Virus record (IMG/VR): IMGVR_UViG_3300043220_000111
Location: 1-24,181 of that record
DNA length: 24,181 nucleotides
Reading direction: 5' to 3' (one strand)
Origin: a virus
Lineage: Duplodnaviria; Caudoviricetes
Both the position numbers and the translations under genes were made by a program. A model generated the notes under the pieces. That model was given only the letters and a program-made list of their open reading frames with translations, searched no databases and was not told the DNA's origin. Shown piece after piece: positions 24,041 to 24,181 of this stretch (within the stretch, counting starts at the first letter, position 1; each line of letters opens with the position of its first letter).

Positions 24041-24181
24041 TTTTTCATTCTGACAAATTTAATTCACTTTGACAAATATACCTAGTCTGTTAAATGATCC
24101 TGCCTAAAAAACTCCTTCTCCGAGTTGCTCTTTTTTTAGTTTTTTTAGGGACCTCCACCGGCGCGTGAGATTTCGGTTGCG

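Noticed and set aside
24051-24096. TGACAAAT direct repeat and TTGACA as a plus-strand promoter
   Set aside because: No well-spaced -10 box, and context is truncated by the window edge.
1-24181. CRISPR array, tRNA, DGR/retron, IS element, integrase, stop-codon recoding
   Set aside because: No repeat-spacer array, cloverleaf, reverse transcriptase or transposase motifs seen by eye; core genes are full length in the standard code and all three stop codons are used.

Overview
The window is a fragment of a tailed dsDNA phage or prophage with a siphovirus-like, HK97-fold gene set. No integrase, replication or lysis module is visible. The minus strand from ~24040 to 5332 is a packaging and morphogenesis module. 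In order it encodes a ParB-MTase fusion, terS, terL, several small ORFs, a portal-MuF fusion, four micro-ORFs, the prohead protease, major capsid protein, adaptor, neck, tail terminator, tail tube, tape measure, Dit-like and hub-like proteins, and a short fibre. Positions 1-5328 are an accessory region, mostly on the plus strand. It holds a proteasome-beta/HslV-like Thr protease, an Fn3 protein, a strong promoter driving small ORFs with an unlisted Arc-like RHH regulator, a 95-aa mini P-loop protein, an outer-membrane beta-barrel (implying a diderm host) and a DUF1640-like coiled coil flanked by two probable paralogues. The strongest unexplained signal is a ~140-nt promoter-proximal RNA (16361-16223, minus strand) in front of the protease/capsid genes. 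Its segments can pair in mutually exclusive ways (1:2 plus a 3:4 terminator, or a 2:3 antiterminator), which suggests an attenuator or riboswitch-like late-gene switch. All family calls come from reading motifs by eye; no database searches or folding programs were run.
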